NCBI GenBank assembly: GCA_018816525.1
Contig: JAHIVV010000037.1
Location: forward strand, 1 to 63,717
Source of the DNA: Elusimicrobiota bacterium
GTDB lineage: Bacteria > Elusimicrobiota > Endomicrobiia > CG1-02-37-114 > XYA2-FULL-39-19
Length of the DNA stretch: 63,717 nucleotides
Reading direction: 5' to 3'
The translations under genes were made by a program, and so were the position numbers. Below the pieces are notes generated by a model, which saw only the letters and a program-made list of their open reading frames with translations, ran no database searches and was not told where the DNA came from. Below, piece by piece: positions 47,869-58,669 of the stretch (positions within the stretch are counted from its first letter, which is position 1; each line of letters begins with the position of its first letter).

Positions 47869-48105
47869 ATGCTCATGGTTGATGAATTGCAGTTGCTTGA
47901 GAAAAAATTACACGAATTAGCAAATAAAACAGCCAATTTGAACGCCGAAAACGAGAAAATGAAGGCTGAATTGAAGTTTTTTGAAAAAGATTCCGAAGGT
48001 ATTAAGAAAACTAAGTCCGATATTGATGGTTTTCAGACCCAAAAAAATCAAATTAAGGAGAAATTGACCAAGCTTCTCAACAAATTTTCAGAGGCAGGGC
48101 TTTAA
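47869..48105 (+). CDS. Small coiled-coil protein (ZapB-like); start may be ATG 47875
   Basis: 78 aa with heptad-rich Lys/Glu/Leu composition, directly upstream of zapA and overlapping it. Confidence 0.5.
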   Translation: MLMVDELQLLEKKLHELANKTANLNAENEKMKAELKFFEKDSEGIKKTKSDIDGFQTQKNQIKEKLTKLLNKFSEAGL

Positions 48106-48389
48106 TGAGTGAAAAAGTTGCTGTAGGAATCCTCGGAAAAACGTATACTCTAGAAACTGACATAGATCCGCTTGAACTCCAGGCGAGGGCAAAGTATGTT
48201 GAGGAGAAATTAAAAGAAGCAAGCCCCAACTCTGACAGGGCCACTAGTTCAGACGTAGCAGTACTTACAGCGCTAATTATCGCAGACGAATTGTTTAATT
48301 TAAAAACTAATTATGAAAATCTAAAATCTATGGTTAACAAAAAATCTAATGACCTTATTTCAGTTATTGACAGGGCATTGGAACCCTAG
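48105..48389 (+). CDS. zapA: Cell division protein ZapA
   Basis: 94 aa. VGILGKTYTLETD then a helical tail, matching ZapA size and pattern. The pheST-zapA linkage is known from Firmicutes. Confidence 0.72.
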   Translation: MSEKVAVGILGKTYTLETDIDPLELQARAKYVEEKLKEASPNSDRATSSDVAVLTALIIADELFNLKTNYENLKSMVNKKSNDLISVIDRALEP

Positions 48390-48491
48390 AGTTGTTCTTT
48401 GTCTATATTCTGCGATATAATACGCCTTGCGCGCCCTGAAAGTGTTGGCTGGCTTAAAACTTAGCTTTAAAGCTTGGTCTAGTTTTTATTT

Positions 48492-49823
48492 ATGAAACAC
48501 ACTGAAATTGGCGGCAATGATTTATTTGCCATAAAGCAAAACAGCACGGCGCAGCAAGACAAACCATTTGCTCTTAAAGTAGCTCCTGTTGATTTTGACG
48601 GTTTTGTAGGGCAGGACGAAATTTTGGGCCCCGGAAAGCTCTTGCGCAGAATCATAGACTCAGACAAAATCAGCTCGCTTATCTTTTTCGGCCCTTCCGG
48701 CACAGGCAAAAGCGCACTCGCCAGAATAGTATCAAAGAAAACAAAATCTCATTTTGTTGAAAGCAACGCAGTAATGATCGGCGTCAATGATTTGCGTAAA
48801 ATAATTGACGAGGCCTATAACCGCAAGCAGTTCAACGCAGTAAAAACCATTCTTTTACTTGACGAAATCCACCATTTTAACCGCACCCAGCAGGATGCCC
48901 TGCTCCCTTATGTTGAAAAAGGCATAATAACTCTGATTGGTATAACGACTGAAAATCCTTACTTCTATATTAATTCGGCGCTATTATCCAGGTCGCTGGT
49001 ATTCCAGTTCAAGGCGCATACGCAGCAAGATATTGAAAAAATAATTCATAACGCTCTAAAAAATCCTGAAAACGGGATTAATGGAAATACTATCGACCTG
49101 AAAGATGACGCACTCAAACACATTCTAAAATATGCCGAAGGAGACGCAAGAAAAGCTTTAAATGCTCTTGAAATAGGGATTGTAACATCAGCGCCGTCAA
49201 AAGACGGCAAAATCGTTTTTGACCTCAAGCTCGCAGAAGAATCCACTCAAAACAAGTCCATTGTTTATGACAAATCCGGGGATGCTCATTATGACCATAT
49301 CTCGGCGTTTATTAAATCCATCCGCGGAAGCGACCCCGATGCGGCTCTTTATTGGATGGCAAAAATGCTGGAAGCAGGCGAAGATCCCAGGTTTATTGCC
49401 AGGCGGATAATTATTGCCGCCAGTGAAGATGTAGGCAATGCTGACCCCCAGGCGCTTCAGGTAGCTATCTCTGTGCTTCAGGCCATTGAATTTGTAGGCA
49501 TGCCTGAAGGCAGAATACCGTTAGCCCAGGCAGTAACCTATGTTGCAACTGCGCCAAAATCCAATGCAAGCTATCTGGCCATATCTGCGGCTCAGCAGGA
49601 AGTTAAAAACGGCAAATTGCGCGATGTTCCTAATCATTTGAAAGATGCAAGCGTTGACGGGGAAAAATTAGGCCATGGCAAAGGCTATAAATATCCTCAC
49701 AGTTTTGAAGGCCATTTTGTGGAGCAGGAATATATGCCTGAACACAAGGAATTTTATACGCCGTCTGAAGAAGGATTTGAAGCAATAATTAAAAAGAGGA
49801 TGGCTGGATGGAAAAAGCAATAA
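48492..49823 (+). CDS. rarA: Replication-associated recombination protein A (MgsA/RarA AAA+ ATPase)
   Basis: FVGQDEILG, GPSGTGKS, LDEIHHFN, DPDAALYW, GHGKGYKYPH. Confidence 0.92.
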   Translation: MKHTEIGGNDLFAIKQNSTAQQDKPFALKVAPVDFDGFVGQDEILGPGKLLRRIIDSDKISSLIFFGPSGTGKSALARIVSKKTKSHFVESNAVMIGVNDLRKIIDEAYNRKQFNAVKTILLLDEIHHFNRTQQDALLPYVEKGIITLIGITTENPYFYINSALLSRSLVFQFKAHTQQDIEKIIHNALKNPENGINGNTIDLKDDALKHILKYAEGDARKALNALEIGIVTSAPSKDGKIVFDLKLAEESTQNKSIVYDKSGDAHYDHISAFIKSIRGSDPDAALYWMAKMLEAGEDPRFIARRIIIAASEDVGNADPQALQVAISVLQAIEFVGMPEGRIPLAQAVTYVATAPKSNASYLAISAAQQEVKNGKLRDVPNHLKDASVDGEKLGHGKGYKYPHSFEGHFVEQEYMPEHKEFYTPSEEGFEAIIKKRMAGWKKQ

Positions 49824-50377
49824 TCAGGCAAAGAATAGCTGTTCTTAGGGATAATTGGCCTGAAAAAGAAAGAATCAAAATGAATAAGCTTATCGAAAAG
49901 AATGTTTACGGCCTTAAAGAGTTTGAAAAAGCAAAAGCTGTTATGCTTTTTGTTCCATTCCGGTCGGAAGTTGATACGCTTCCGATTATTAAAACAGCCT
50001 TGAAACTGAAAAAGCGGGTCATTCTTCCAAGGGTTGAGAAAACACTTGCGGAAAAAAAGCTGTTAGCAATTGAAATCAATGATGTAAAAAAGGATTTAAA
50101 AACCGGGGCATACGGAATACTTGAGCCGTTTAAAAAAGCCAAAGAAGTTACTCCGGAAGAAATAGAGCTTGTATTTGTGCCGGGAATAGCATTTGACAAA
50201 AAAGGCAGTAGAATTGGATATGGCGGCGGGTATTACGACCGGTTTCTAAAAAACATACCGCTTTCAAAAAGAATCGGGATTGCGTACAGTTTCCAACTGG
50301 CCGGAAATATACCGTCAACAAAACACGATTTAAAAGTAGCTAAAGTTTTAACTGAAAAAGGAGTTAAATTATGTTAA
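49808..50377 (+). CDS. 5-formyltetrahydrofolate cyclo-ligase
   Basis: 189 aa with [24 protein letters not shown]. Confidence 0.87.
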   Translation: MEKAIIRQRIAVLRDNWPEKERIKMNKLIEKNVYGLKEFEKAKAVMLFVPFRSEVDTLPIIKTALKLKKRVILPRVEKTLAEKKLLAIEINDVKKDLKTGAYGILEPFKKAKEVTPEEIELVFVPGIAFDKKGSRIGYGGGYYDRFLKNIPLSKRIGIAYSFQLAGNIPSTKHDLKVAKVLTEKGVKLC

Positions 50378-51924
50378 TTATTGCAGCAGTTGTGAGCGTC
50401 GTAATAGGCATTACCGTGGGGTATTTTTTAAGAATACTCTATGGTAAATCGAAATTAAGCGCTTCTGAAACACTGGCAAAGAAAATTCTCGCAGACGCGC
50501 AAACCCTGGCTGAAGCAAAGAAAAAAGAAGCTTTGCTGGAAGTAAAAGAAACCCTTGAACGCGACAGGCGCGAGCTTGAAAAAGAATTCAAGGACCGCAA
50601 GCAGGAGATAACAAACCAGGAAAGGCGTATCAACCAGAAAGAAGAAAACTTGGAAAGAAAAGCGGACATTATCGAAAAAAAAGAACGGGACCTTCAGGAA
50701 AGGGAAAGAAATATGCATCTAAAGGAAAAATCCCTTCAGGATGAACTGCTTGCAGTGCAAAAAACCCGGGAAGAGCAGAGAATAGTTCTTGAAAGAGTCG
50801 CCGGAATGACGGCCGAAGAAGCCAAGAAGATTCTTTTTCAGAACTATGAGGATGAGGTAAGAAAGGAATCAGCATTAAGAGCCCGCAGTATTGAACAGGA
50901 AGCAAGGGAAACAGCCGAAAAGAAAGCCAAGGAAATTGTCGCTATAGCGATACAGCGTTATTCTGCTGACCATTCTACAGATACGACAACCACAACAATT
51001 ACCATACAGAACGATGAAATAAAGGGAAGAATTATCGGCCGGGAGGGAAGAAACATCCGTGCGTTTGAACAAGCAACGGGTGTTGACCTTATTGTTGACG
51101 ATACTCCTGAAACTATTACGATTTCCGCTTTTGAGCCGCTGCGCAGAGAGATAGCAAAAATATCATTGGAACGCCTCATTGCTGACGGAAGGATTCACCC
51201 GGCAAGAATTGAGGAAGTTGTGGCTAAAGTAAAAGTAGAAATGGAAGACGTGTTAAAAGAAATCGGCGAGAAGACAGTAGTTGAACTCGGTATTGTAGGA
51301 ATAAATACTGAATTACTGAAACTTATAGGAAAACTCAAATTCAGGACTTCCTACGGGCAGAACCAGTTACAGCACACTATTGAAGTTGCATGGCTGTCGG
51401 CAAATATAGCAGGTGAGCTGGGCGCTGATATAAATATGTGTAAAAAAGCGGCGTTACTGCACGATATCGGTAAAGCTGTTGACCACGAACAAGAGGGAAC
51501 ACATCACCAGATTTCAGCCGAAATAGCCAAAAAGTACGGCGAGTCTGACAAGATGATAAATATAATTCTTTCGCACCATGAAGGATTTGCTCAGCCGCAA
51601 TCTGTTGAAGCGTTTATTATAGCCGCCGCAGATGCTATTTCCGCCGCGAGGCCGGGCGCAAGAAGGGAATCAGTAGAACATTACATCAAACGCCTTGAAA
51701 AACTTGAAAAAGTCGCCACAGATTTCCGCGGCGTAGAAACTGCTTACGCGATTCAGGCGGGGCGCGAAATCCGCATTATGGTGGAGCCGGAAGAAATTGA
51801 CGATACAAAGGCCTACGCTCTGGCGAAAGATGTTGCGAAAAAGATTGAACAGGAGCTTGAATACCCGGGACAGATAAAGGTGGTTGTTATCAGGGAAATC
51901 AGGGCCCAGGAAATAGCGAAGTAA
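50371..51924 (+). CDS. rny: Ribonuclease Y
   Basis: N-terminal TM helix, Lys/Glu coiled coil, KH ([13 protein letters not shown]), HD (AALLHDIGK). Confidence 0.93.
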   Translation: MLIIAAVVSVVIGITVGYFLRILYGKSKLSASETLAKKILADAQTLAEAKKKEALLEVKETLERDRRELEKEFKDRKQEITNQERRINQKEENLERKADIIEKKERDLQERERNMHLKEKSLQDELLAVQKTREEQRIVLERVAGMTAEEAKKILFQNYEDEVRKESALRARSIEQEARETAEKKAKEIVAIAIQRYSADHSTDTTTTTITIQNDEIKGRIIGREGRNIRAFEQATGVDLIVDDTPETITISAFEPLRREIAKISLERLIADGRIHPARIEEVVAKVKVEMEDVLKEIGEKTVVELGIVGINTELLKLIGKLKFRTSYGQNQLQHTIEVAWLSANIAGELGADINMCKKAALLHDIGKAVDHEQEGTHHQISAEIAKKYGESDKMINIILSHHEGFAQPQSVEAFIIAAADAISAARPGARRESVEHYIKRLEKLEKVATDFRGVETAYAIQAGREIRIMVEPEEIDDTKAYALAKDVAKKIEQELEYPGQIKVVVIREIRAQEIAK

Positions 51925-52715
51925 TGAACATTCTTAAGGTTTTATTTATTGGCGATATTGTAGGGGAGCCGGGCAGGGAAATCCTGAAAAGAAGCCTGCC
52001 TGAGCTTGTAAGTAAAAATAACATTAATTTTGTTATCGCCAATTCGGAAAATGCGGCCAGCGGTAAGGGCTTGACCAAGTCCGTCAGCGATGAGATTTTT
52101 TCCAGCGGTGTAAATGTTTCTACTTTGGGCAACCACACCTTTGAACGCAGGGAAATCAATGATATTATTACCGACCCCAGGATTATCAGGCCTGCCAATT
52201 ATCCTGCAGAAGTTCCAGGCAAGGGATTTGGCATTTACAATGTAGAAACGGCCGGAGGCACAGTTGAGCTTGCTGTTGCAAACCTTATGGGAAGAGTTTA
52301 TATGATTCAAATAGACGACCCTTTCCGTACGGCAGATAAAATCCTATCAGAAATATCTAAAACTACAAAAAACATTATTGTGGATTTTCACGCCGAAATA
52401 ACATCAGAAAAGCAGGCGTTTGGCTGGTATCTGGACGGCAGAGCCAGCGCTGTGATTGGGACTCATACCCATGTGCAGACAGCTGATGAACGCATTTTGC
52501 CGCAAGGAACAGCTTATTTGACTGATGTCGGAATGACAGGCCCCAGGGATGGAATTATCGGTGTGGATAGGGAAATAATTATCAAAAGGTATCTAACTTC
52601 TATGCCTCACAGGTTTTCAGTAGCAGCCGGTGAAACTATGCTCAATGCGTGCATAATTAATATTGATACTGATACAGGCGCTTCTACAAATATTCAAAGG
52701 ATAAGAGTAGGATGA
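51924..52715 (+). CDS. ymdB: YmdB-family metallophosphoesterase (2',3'-cyclic-nucleotide phosphodiesterase)
   Basis: LFIGDIVGEPGR, ANSENAASGKG, DFHAE, GTHTHVQTAD. The rny-ymdB linkage is conserved. Confidence 0.87.
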   Translation: MNILKVLFIGDIVGEPGREILKRSLPELVSKNNINFVIANSENAASGKGLTKSVSDEIFSSGVNVSTLGNHTFERREINDIITDPRIIRPANYPAEVPGKGFGIYNVETAGGTVELAVANLMGRVYMIQIDDPFRTADKILSEISKTTKNIIVDFHAEITSEKQAFGWYLDGRASAVIGTHTHVQTADERILPQGTAYLTDVGMTGPRDGIIGVDREIIIKRYLTSMPHRFSVAAGETMLNACIINIDTDTGASTNIQRIRVG

Positions 52716-53581
52716 AAAAGATAGAAGATGTTCTCAATAGCTGGAAAAATTTGATAGATAAGTCTTTAAAATATTATTTGACACCAAAGTCAAAAGACTT
52801 TAATCAGCAGATATATGATGCTATGATTTATTCTGTTTTTCCGGGTGGAAAAAGGATAAGGCCTATTCTTACGCTGGCTTCAGCGAAGGCCTGCGGATTG
52901 CCAGAGAAAGATGTTCTGCCTGCGGCCTGCGCTATTGAAATTGTTCATAGTTATTCGCTGATTCATGATGATTTGCCTTCTATGGATAATGCGCCTTTGC
53001 GCAGGGGAAAACCGACGGTTCATAAGAAGTTTAATGAAGGTTTAGCTGTGCTGGCAGGTGATGCGCTGCTTACAAAAGCTTTTGAGTTATGTTCAGATAA
53101 TGCTAAGAACACTAAAGTAAAACCCGCCCAGGCAATTAAGGCTATTTCTGCGCTTGCAAGAGCCGCAGGGGATGTTGGTATGATTGGCGGGCAGGTGGCA
53201 GATACTTTTGGTGCTCATAAAAATCTGGATAGAAAGAAACGCGAAAGGCTTCTTGATTATATTCATACGCACAAAACAGGCGACCTGATAGAAGTAAGTG
53301 TTTTGCTTGGGGGGATTCTTGCAGGGGTAAACGAGAAGAAGCTTAAGGCGCTTAAAAGTTATGGACGCAAGATTGGGCTGGCGTTTCAGGTGGTGGATGA
53401 TATTTTTGATAGCGAAGAAGACGCAGATAAGTTGACCTATCCAAATTTCTACGGTTTAGATAACTCCCGCAAACTTGCCTGCCAATTAATTTCCGATGCA
53501 AAAAAAGAACTAAAACTATTTGGGCCAAAAGCTAATATACTTTCTTCTCTTGCTGACTTTGTCATCCAAAGAAAAAGCTAA
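52712..53581 (+). CDS. ispA: Short-chain (E)-prenyl diphosphate synthase (FPP/GGPP synthase)
   Basis: First DDxxD motif LIHDDLPSMDN and second QVVDDIFD. Confidence 0.87.
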   Translation: MKKIEDVLNSWKNLIDKSLKYYLTPKSKDFNQQIYDAMIYSVFPGGKRIRPILTLASAKACGLPEKDVLPAACAIEIVHSYSLIHDDLPSMDNAPLRRGKPTVHKKFNEGLAVLAGDALLTKAFELCSDNAKNTKVKPAQAIKAISALARAAGDVGMIGGQVADTFGAHKNLDRKKRERLLDYIHTHKTGDLIEVSVLLGGILAGVNEKKLKALKSYGRKIGLAFQVVDDIFDSEEDADKLTYPNFYGLDNSRKLACQLISDAKKELKLFGPKANILSSLADFVIQRKS

Positions 53582-53722
53582 GGAATTAGGGGTGAGATTG
53601 CAGAGGAAAACGAATACCGTATTACCTAACTACGTCCCCAATATGTACAGATGGACTTTTGTCCGGCTTGTTAAATTATAAAAAAATTGATAAAATAGCA
53701 CTACAAATTTAAGGAGAAAATT

Positions 53723-54859
53723 GTGAAAAAACATTTTTTAGTTACTCCCGGGCCTACACCGATACCGCCCCAGGTTGCGCAAAAAGAATCGCTGCCGATA
53801 TTGCATCATAGAACTGAAGAATTCGGTAAAATATTTATTGAAGCTATTGAAGGCATGAAGTACATATTCCAGACAAAAAATGATACGTTTATTATGGCAA
53901 GCTCAGGCACCGGCGCGATGGAATCCGCTGTGGTGAACCTTTTATCTCCAGGCGATGAAGTTCTTGTAGCCAGTTCCGGCGTTTTTGGCAATAGATGGGG
54001 CAAAATGTGCGAAGCTTACGGCATAAAACCAATTTTAATAGAATCAGAATGGGGAAACTGTATAAAACCAGAACAGATTGAAAGCGAATTGAAAAAAAAT
54101 CCGAAAATAAAAGTTGTATTTGCTTCTCATACCGAAACATCTACCGGAGTGGTTTTTGACCTTAAAGCAATCGGTGAGATAGTAAGCAAAACACCTGCAA
54201 TCCTGGTAGTTGATGCAATCAGCGGGCTAGCCGGTCAGCCGTTATACACAGATACCTGGAAACTTGATGTTGTTGTATCAGGTTCGCAAAAAGGGCTTAT
54301 GTGCGCCCCCGGGCTGGCTTTCGTTGCCGTAAACCAGAAAGCTTGGCCTGTCGTAGAAGCGGCAAAACTTCCAAGGTTTTACTGGGATTACCGCAAAATG
54401 AAAAAATCAGTAGAAAACAAGGAAACGCCGTTTACGCCTGCAGTGACTTTGATTGTTGCGCTCAATGAGGCGATAAACATGATAAAAACCGAAGGAATAG
54501 AAAATGTTTTTGCGAGGACCGAAAAACTTGCGAAAGCCACCCGCAGCGCTCTTGAAGCGATGAACCTGCAGCTTTTTGCCGACAAATCCTGTGTTTGTAA
54601 TGTGTTAACCAGCGCAAAAGTCCCGGAGGGCGTTGACGGCGGGAAAATCGTTAAAACATTAAGGCAGGAATTTGGTATTTCCATTGCCGGCGGTCAGGAT
54701 AAATTAAAAGGTAAAATTATCCGCTTGGCGCATATGGGCTACATTGACCAGTTTGATTTAATAGCGGCATTTACAGGGCTGGAAATAGTTTTGTCAAAAC
54801 TGGGCCACAAACTGGAACCCGGAAAATCCATAGCTGTCGCTGAGAGGAACCTGGCATGA
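53723..54859 (+). CDS. Class-V aminotransferase (serine-pyruvate/phosphoserine aminotransferase type)
   Basis: GTG start after aaggag. SGTGAME and SGSQKGL (PLP Lys). Overlaps serA. Confidence 0.82.
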   Translation: MKKHFLVTPGPTPIPPQVAQKESLPILHHRTEEFGKIFIEAIEGMKYIFQTKNDTFIMASSGTGAMESAVVNLLSPGDEVLVASSGVFGNRWGKMCEAYGIKPILIESEWGNCIKPEQIESELKKNPKIKVVFASHTETSTGVVFDLKAIGEIVSKTPAILVVDAISGLAGQPLYTDTWKLDVVVSGSQKGLMCAPGLAFVAVNQKAWPVVEAAKLPRFYWDYRKMKKSVENKETPFTPAVTLIVALNEAINMIKTEGIENVFARTEKLAKATRSALEAMNLQLFADKSCVCNVLTSAKVPEGVDGGKIVKTLRQEFGISIAGGQDKLKGKIIRLAHMGYIDQFDLIAAFTGLEIVLSKLGHKLEPGKSIAVAERNLA

Positions 54860-56439
54860 TTAAATTACTGATGACCTATTCGAGCAGTGATGGGCTTGAT
54901 AAATTACTTAACCATCCCCAGTTTAAAGTTGAAGTTCATTCAAAACCAACGCCAGAAAAGTTTGCTGAACTAATCCCTGCTTACGAAGGGCTTCTTATCC
55001 GTTCGGAAGTAAAGGTTACGAAAGAAATAATGGATGCGGCAAAAAATTTGAAACTCATTGTGCGCGCCGGTACTGGCGTCGACAATATCGATAAAGCTTA
55101 TGCAACGCAGAAAGGCATAGTTGTTATGAATGTCCCCGGGGGCAATACTGTTTCTGCATGCGAGCAGGCTCTCTCTTTACTGCTGGCTACCGCAAGAAAT
55201 ACCCCCCAGGCGCATGCTTCCGTCAAAGCAGGCAACTGGGAAAAAGAAAAATTCATGGGAACGGAACTCCATGGCAAGACTCTCGGGCTTATAGGCATGG
55301 GCAGAATCGGAAAAGAAGTAGCCCTGCGCATGAAAGCTTTTGAGATGAAGGTTATTGCTTATGACCCGTTTCTCACGCAGGAATACGCAAAATCAATCGG
55401 AGTTGAGCTCTCTACTCTTGAAGAAATCTACGCTAATGCGGATTTTATCAGCCTGCATACGCCTCTAAACGAACAGACGAAGTACCTTATAAACAAAGAT
55501 TCTTTGGCTAAAATGAAACCCGGGATGAGGATTATCAACTGCGCCCGCGGCGGCATTGTCGATGAAAAAGCTTTGTATGACGCGTTAAAATCAGGACATA
55601 TAAAAGCTGCGGCTTTGGATGTATTTGAAAAAGAACCCCTGGCGAAGGATTCCCCTTTGCTTGAACTGGAAAATATAATTCTTACTCCGCACCTGGGCGC
55701 ATCGACCGAAGAGGCGCAGGTTAAAATAGCTACTGAGTCCAGCGATATGATTATTGATTTTTTTACCAAGGGCATAATCCGCAACGCCGTAAATATGCCT
55801 TCGGTTGACATGGAAACTTATAAAAAGATCAACCCTTACCTAGACCTGGCGGAGAAAATCGGGTCGCTTCAGTGCCAGATGATTGAAGGCGGGATAAAGG
55901 AAGTAGAAATTTTATACGCAGGCGAGGTTGCGAACTTTAATGTGGGCACTATCACGCCGGCATTTTTAAAAGGGTTGCTTTCACCGGTTTTGGATGTGAG
56001 AGTGAATTTTGTTAACGCGGCATTCATTGCAAAAGAACGCGGTATAAAAATAAAAGAAACGAAAACTTCGGAAACACAGGATTATTCCTCGTTGATAACT
56101 GCAAAAGTAATATCAGAAAAATCCCAGCTGGTAATTTCAGGTACCGTATTTTCACGCCAGTTTCCGCGTATCGTAAGCATGAAAAACCTTGGGATTGACG
56201 TAATCCCGCAGGGATGTATGATTATTCTTGATAATATGGACCGGCCTGGAATGGTGGGAAAATTGGGCATGCTTTTAGGCAGCAACGGAATAAATATTGC
56301 AAGCATGCAGGTAGGCAGGGATAAAGTCGGCGGCAAAGCGCTGACCATTATTAACATAGACGTATGCGCATCGGAAGAAATCTTGAAGAAGATAGCAGAA
56401 ATTGACGGAATTGCAAACGTAAAGATGGTAGAATTATAA
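54856..56439 (+). CDS. serA: D-3-phosphoglycerate dehydrogenase (long form with ASB and ACT domains)
   Basis: GLIGMGRIG Rossmann, NCARGG, TPHLGAST, C-terminal ACT domain. 527 aa. Confidence 0.92.
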   Translation: MIKLLMTYSSSDGLDKLLNHPQFKVEVHSKPTPEKFAELIPAYEGLLIRSEVKVTKEIMDAAKNLKLIVRAGTGVDNIDKAYATQKGIVVMNVPGGNTVSACEQALSLLLATARNTPQAHASVKAGNWEKEKFMGTELHGKTLGLIGMGRIGKEVALRMKAFEMKVIAYDPFLTQEYAKSIGVELSTLEEIYANADFISLHTPLNEQTKYLINKDSLAKMKPGMRIINCARGGIVDEKALYDALKSGHIKAAALDVFEKEPLAKDSPLLELENIILTPHLGASTEEAQVKIATESSDMIIDFFTKGIIRNAVNMPSVDMETYKKINPYLDLAEKIGSLQCQMIEGGIKEVEILYAGEVANFNVGTITPAFLKGLLSPVLDVRVNFVNAAFIAKERGIKIKETKTSETQDYSSLITAKVISEKSQLVISGTVFSRQFPRIVSMKNLGIDVIPQGCMIILDNMDRPGMVGKLGMLLGSNGINIASMQVGRDKVGGKALTIINIDVCASEEILKKIAEIDGIANVKMVEL

Positions 56440-56444
56440 AAGTT

Positions 56445-57173
56445 ATGAGTTCTGCAATAAAAATTGAAAATCTTACCAAAATATACCGCAAGAGCCACCT
56501 GGGCAGAGTTACAGCCTATGTTGGCGTAAAAAACCTCAGCCTGGAAGTCAAAGAAGGAAGCATTTACGGTTTGATAGGCTTGAACGGCAGCGGTAAAACA
56601 ACCACAATAAAACTTATTTTAGGCCTGTTATTTCCAAACGGAGGCAAAATTTCTCTTTTCGGCAATCCTATGCCCGACAGAAAAAAACTGTCATTGGTAG
56701 GGTATCTGCCTGAAATGCCTTACTTTTATAAATTTCTGACGGGAAGAGAAATCCTTAATTTTTACGCTGAATTATCCGGCAGCGTGCCTGCAGCGCGCAT
56801 TGATGAAGTCATTAAAATTGTGGATATGGTTCCCAACGCAGGTAAAAGAGTCAGCGAATTTTCAAAAGGCATGATGCAAAGGCTGGCTATAGCCCAGAGC
56901 CTTTTACATAACCCGCCCTTACTAGTGTTCGACGAACCAGTCAGCGGTTTGGACCCTCTTGCCATCAGGGAAATGAGAACCCTGATACTCAAACTTAAAG
57001 AAGAAGGCAAGACATTATTCTTTTCTTCCCATTCCATATCGGAAGTTGAAAAAATTTGCGACACGGTGGGCATCCTGCACAAAGGCGAGTTTATTAAGGT
57101 TGTTGAACAGAAAGAATGGCAGGAAAAAAATAACCTTGAAGAAATATTTATAGAGGCCATAAAAGACAAATGA
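56445..57173 (+). CDS. ABC transporter ATP-binding protein (ABC-2 exporter type)
   Basis: GLNGSGKTT, FSKGMMQRL, LVFDEPVSGLD. Confidence 0.9.
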   Translation: MSSAIKIENLTKIYRKSHLGRVTAYVGVKNLSLEVKEGSIYGLIGLNGSGKTTTIKLILGLLFPNGGKISLFGNPMPDRKKLSLVGYLPEMPYFYKFLTGREILNFYAELSGSVPAARIDEVIKIVDMVPNAGKRVSEFSKGMMQRLAIAQSLLHNPPLLVFDEPVSGLDPLAIREMRTLILKLKEEGKTLFFSSHSISEVEKICDTVGILHKGEFIKVVEQKEWQEKNNLEEIFIEAIKDK

Positions 57174-57934
57174 AACAGATATTATCCATCGTCAAATATA
57201 CGCTCAGGCAAAATATACGAAACAGAGTTTATTACATACTTGTAGTTTTCGCGATAGCGATAATTTTCGTTACAATGCTTCTTTCAGTGCTGGGCGGTGA
57301 ACAGCCGGTAAGGATTTTGCTTGATTTCGGCCTTGCGTCGATAGAATTCTTCGGATTACTGCTGGTTATTTTTGCCGGAGTAAGCCTGCTACTTGAGGAG
57401 ATAGAATCAAAAACAGTGTATTTGATGCTCATCAGGCCTATCCCTAAGTGGTATTATGTTATAGGAAGATATTTAGGCTTGCTGGTTTCAGTTTACCTGG
57501 CGATGCTGTTCATGTATGCGATGCATTTTGGGATGTTAATGCTTAAGGGCTGGGTTTTTGACCCTCTTTACCTGATAGCAATTTTTTCTTCAATGACGAA
57601 AATAGCTATTATCGGAGCTCTCGCGGTTTTCTTTTCGCTCTTTTCAACTTCCCAGTCATCATCGCTTATTTTTACGATTTTTATATGGATATTGGGCCAT
57701 TTTGCGCAGGAGCTAAAGTTTCTTACGGCGAAAATGCAGTTTACTCCTATAAAAGTTGTGCTTAAAGTTCTTTATCTTGCGATTCCTAATTTGCAATATT
57801 TTAACTGGAAAGATTTTATCGGTTCAGGTTTAACGATTTCTTACTGGTTTGGTGTGTCGGTTGTTTACGCTTTTGCTTACTGCGCAGTTTGTTTATTGTT
57901 ATCCATTCATCTTTTTAACAAAAAAGAATTCTGA
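57170..57934 (+). CDS. ABC-2 family permease (NosY/GldF-like topology)
   Basis: About 6 TM segments and an EEIESKT..L..RPI motif after TM2. ATGA overlap with the ATPase. Confidence 0.78.
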   Translation: MKQILSIVKYTLRQNIRNRVYYILVVFAIAIIFVTMLLSVLGGEQPVRILLDFGLASIEFFGLLLVIFAGVSLLLEEIESKTVYLMLIRPIPKWYYVIGRYLGLLVSVYLAMLFMYAMHFGMLMLKGWVFDPLYLIAIFSSMTKIAIIGALAVFFSLFSTSQSSSLIFTIFIWILGHFAQELKFLTAKMQFTPIKVVLKVLYLAIPNLQYFNWKDFIGSGLTISYWFGVSVVYAFAYCAVCLLLSIHLFNKKEF

Positions 57935-58668
57935 TGGTAAAAAAAACAGCCCTTCTTATTTTCATCCTTGCCTTAGCAGTTTCTTCCGGCCTGTATTTAG
58001 ACAAAACTTTCAAGTACCCCTTTGATGTAGTAAATTTTTCACTGCCCCAAAACCAGCCGCCTGTTGACCAATATGCATTATTTGATTTATCCGGTATAGT
58101 ATTCGGCGTGCGGAAGATGGCTTCAGATATTGCATGGATACAGGTTCTCCAGTATTACGGCGGCGATGAGGAAGAGGCAAAACATAAACATGACGAAGAC
58201 GATCATGAGCATTGTACGGACGGGGTAACCCATGGCAATGGTGAATATTATGACCTGCAAAAACTTACTCAGAGAGTGGTGCGTTTAGACCCGTATTTCT
58301 ACTATGCATACATATACGGAGGCGCTTGCCTGGCCTGGAATTTAAACAGGCCGGATGAGGGTATTGCGCTTTTTGATGAAGGAATAAAAAATGCGCCAAA
58401 CTACTGGCAATTTACTATTTTTAAGATGGCGATAGTTTACAAAAAACTTGATAAGTACCAGGATATGGTAGGAAAACTGGATGAAGCGCTTAAATACCCC
58501 GACTGCCCGATAATGGTAAAAGCGATGCTTGCAAATATTTACAAAAAAAATGGAAATTATGTGCGGGCTTTGCAGATTTGGGTTGGTATATACGATTTAG
58601 GCCAGACTGACTATAGATTAAGATCTGAGCAGGAAATTACTGCATTAAGAACAATGACCGGCCTGTGA
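57934..58668 (+). CDS. Membrane-anchored helical-repeat (TPR-like) protein with a His/Asp/Glu-rich loop
   Basis: N-terminal TM/signal anchor, GGDEEEAKHKHDEDDHEHCTDGVTHGNG, then TPR-like helices. Its start overlaps the permease stop. Confidence 0.5.
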   Translation: MVKKTALLIFILALAVSSGLYLDKTFKYPFDVVNFSLPQNQPPVDQYALFDLSGIVFGVRKMASDIAWIQVLQYYGGDEEEAKHKHDEDDHEHCTDGVTHGNGEYYDLQKLTQRVVRLDPYFYYAYIYGGACLAWNLNRPDEGIALFDEGIKNAPNYWQFTIFKMAIVYKKLDKYQDMVGKLDEALKYPDCPIMVKAMLANIYKKNGNYVRALQIWVGIYDLGQTDYRLRSEQEITALRTMTGL

Positions 58669-58669
58669 A

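Noticed and set aside
48390-48491. An expected 6S RNA (ssrS), because zapA and 5-formyl-THF cyclo-ligase flank ssrS in many bacteria.
   Set aside because: The spacer is only 102 nt and rarA intervenes. There is no room for an RNA of about 180 nt, and a plausible rarA promoter (TATAAT at 48416) explains the spacer.
50439-51179. A cluster of short antisense and off-frame ORFs within rny.
   Set aside because: They arise from the repetitive Lys/Glu-rich coiled-coil coding region (gaa/aaa-rich). They are a compositional artefact.
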